DNA of 32,634 bases from Parvularia atlantis (lineage: Eukaryota), in NCBI GenBank assembly GCA_943704415.1, contig CALSCO010000868.1, forward strand, positions 1 through 32,634, in the 5' to 3' direction. Positions 31,295-32,634 of the stretch are shown piece by piece. Each line of letters starts with the position of its first letter. Positions within the stretch are counted from its first letter, which is position 1. Made by a program: the position numbers and the translations under genes. The notes under the pieces were generated by a model, which ran no database searches, was not told the DNA's origin, and worked only from the letters and a program-made list of their open reading frames with translations.

Positions 31295-32158
31295 AAACAG
31301 CCTGATCTTGCGCTCGCGCTGGCGTTCCTGCGGATAGACGACCCAATAGGAGCGGTCGTCGCGCACCACATGATCGGCCGCGAAGACCAGCCTTCCGGCC
31401 GCAATGTCGTAGGCGAACAGCTCCGGTATCGCCATCGCGATGCCATGGCCGCGCAGCGCCGCCTGAATGCTCATCGCCTGCATCTGCAGCGCCATGGTCG
31501 GTCGCCCGTCGGGCTTCGGCGCATCGATGCCGAGATCGGCAAACCAGCTCTTCCATGACAGCTCCGTCGGGCTCAACCGCGGCGCCCGCAGCAAATCCTC
31601 CGGCGTGCGCAGTTGCAGTTGCTCGCGCAATTCCGGGGTGCAGAGCGGCGCGTAATGGCAGTCGAAGAGCTTCTCCGCGACGAGGCCGGGCCATTCGCCC
31701 AGCCCGTAGCGCAGCGCGAGATCGACGGAATCCGTCGCGAAATCCACCAGATGCTCGGAGGTTCCCACCCGCACCTCGAACTGCGGGTTCTCGACCTGGA
31801 ACTGGGCCAGCCGCGGCGAGAGCCAGGTGATCGCCATGGTCTGCAGCGAGGAGATCGTCAGGACGGTCTGGTTCTCCTCGCAGAGATTGCGGAACACCGT
31901 GCCGATATCGGATAGCGCCTTCGTCACCGGCCCGGCGAGCCGCTGGCCGATGGCGGTCAGCACGACCTGGCGCGGCTGTCGCACGAACAGGGCCGCGCCG
32001 ACCCGATCCTCCAGCAGCCGGATCTGGTAGCTCACCGCAGCCTGCGTCATGCCGAGCTCTTCGGCCGCGCGGGTGAAGTTCTGGTGACGGGCCGCCGCCT
32101 CGAAGACGCGGACCGCGGCCAGGGGCGGCAACTTCGGCGGCGGCGGATGCGTCGGCAT
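31295..32158 (-). CDS. Bacterial LysR-family regulator (GcvA-like), C-terminally truncated at the junction with eukaryotic DNA
   Basis: HTH LPPLAAVRVFEAAARHQNFTRAAEELGMTQAAVSYQIRLLE and substrate domain WLSPRLAQF, VDLALRYGLGEWPGL, SYWVVYP. No introns. Similarity stops at KIRLF (288 aa), and the expected final RDWL-type helix and stop are absent. Confidence 0.93.
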
Positions 32159-32165
32159 GCCGAAG

Positions 32166-32182
32166 CATAAGCTGTCTTTATG
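32166..32182. promoter_or_regulatory. LysR-type binding box (CATAA-N7-TTATG, T-N11-A)
   Basis: A perfect inverted repeat CATAAgctgtctTTATG lies 8 bp upstream of the LysR start, in the gap between the divergent LysR and DUF1127 genes. Confidence 0.8.
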
Positions 32183-32279
32183 ACAGATAGCAATCTTCCG
32201 CTTTGTCGTGCGGGCCGCTTTCGCTCAGATTCGACCTCACGACAGCGGGCCCGGAGGCCCGCGCTTCCGAGGATAGACC

Positions 32280-32507
32280 ATGACCTGCGTTTCGCAGACG
32301 GCTCCGCTGGCCTCGCCCGGCGGCATCACCTTTCCGCGCGCCTGGCTGGCGCTCTGGCGGCGCTATCGGGACGAGGCGCGGGTTCGGCGCCATCTCGCGA
32401 CGCTGGACGAGCGCGCGCTCCGCGATCTCGGCCTGTCGCGCGAGGCGGTCGATCCGCCACGCCCCTGCGACCCCGCCGGGCTATGGCTCAACCGCGTTCC
32501 GGGATAG
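32280..32507 (+). CDS. DUF1127 (YjiS-like) small protein
   Basis: 75 aa with the signature WRRYRDEARVRRHLATLDERALRDLGLSRE. It is divergent from a GcvA-like LysR gene, a common proteobacterial arrangement. Confidence 0.88.
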   Translation: MTCVSQTAPLASPGGITFPRAWLALWRRYRDEARVRRHLATLDERALRDLGLSREAVDPPRPCDPAGLWLNRVPG

Positions 32508-32520
32508 GCGCGCCGGCCCC

Positions 32521-32563
32521 TTCGCCGCAAAAGCGGTTTCCACTTTGGCCGAACATGCTCTAG
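32521..32563 (-). repeat. Half copy of an alphaproteobacterial intergenic palindromic repeat (CIR/BRU-RS-like)
   Basis: The minus strand reads CTAGAGCATGTTCGGCCAAAGTGGAAACCGCTTTTGCG, matching the remembered CTAGAGC...AAGTGGAAACCGGTTT arm typical of Hyphomicrobiales/Caulobacter repeats. Confidence 0.6.
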
Positions 32564-32600
32564 ACGACGGCTGACGAACCTCATCAGATCGCAAGCCGCC

Positions 32601-32634
32601 ATGACCACCTACAAGTCCGATTTCCTGCGCGTGC
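32601..32634 (+). CDS. tyrS: Probable start of tyrosine--tRNA ligase (cut by the window end)
   Basis: MTTYKSDFLRV resembles the MxxFKSDFLxxL N-terminus of Hyphomicrobiales TyrS. Only 11 codons are visible. Confidence 0.6.
   Translation, partial: MTTYKSDFLRV

Noticed and set aside
31280..31310. Mobile-element end or att site at the junction
   Set aside because: No inverted repeat, target-site duplication, integrase or transposase is visible in the window.
30731..32158. 475-aa LysR fusion protein running into eukaryotic sequence
   Set aside because: It is read-through caused by the junction. It crosses unspliced introns of the SPATA22-like gene and ends at an intron acceptor TAG, so there is no evidence of a real fusion.
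28371..32168. 1265-aa minus-strand ORF and the many other long Arg/Ala-rich ORFs
   Set aside because: These are shadow frames produced by high GC content and strong codon bias on the true coding strand, with no recognisable motifs beyond fragments of real exons.
32508..32600. Cuckoo-type sRNA downstream of DUF1127
   Set aside because: No CCTCCTCCC loop motifs are present.

Overview
Positions 1 to about 31294 are GC-rich, very gene-dense eukaryotic (protist-like) DNA with short spliceosomal introns (mostly 48-70 nt, GTGCG donors, YAG acceptors). The ORF track therefore fragments most genes, and I rebuilt them by hand. In order, this part holds: tRNA-Asn, an Sfp1-like zinc-finger factor, a CocE/NonD hydrolase, a RING protein, V-ATPase subunit F, an ABHD13/Bem46 hydrolase, a GH92 alpha-mannosidase, a ~5,100-aa single-pass surface receptor, a MIT-domain protein, a DUF726-like hydrolase, ASNSD1 and a SPATA22-like OB-fold protein. 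The receptor is the most striking item. It joins bacterial-adhesin-type extracellular modules to a GxxxG transmembrane helix and an integrin-beta/Sib-like tail with NPxY-type motifs. At about 31295 the sequence switches abruptly to alphaproteobacterial-type DNA: a C-terminally truncated GcvA-like LysR gene, its T-N11-A box, a DUF1127 gene, a half intergenic repeat and the probable start of tyrS. This junction is either an assembly chimera (more likely) or a very recent bacterial insertion. All family assignments come from motif recognition; no searches were run.
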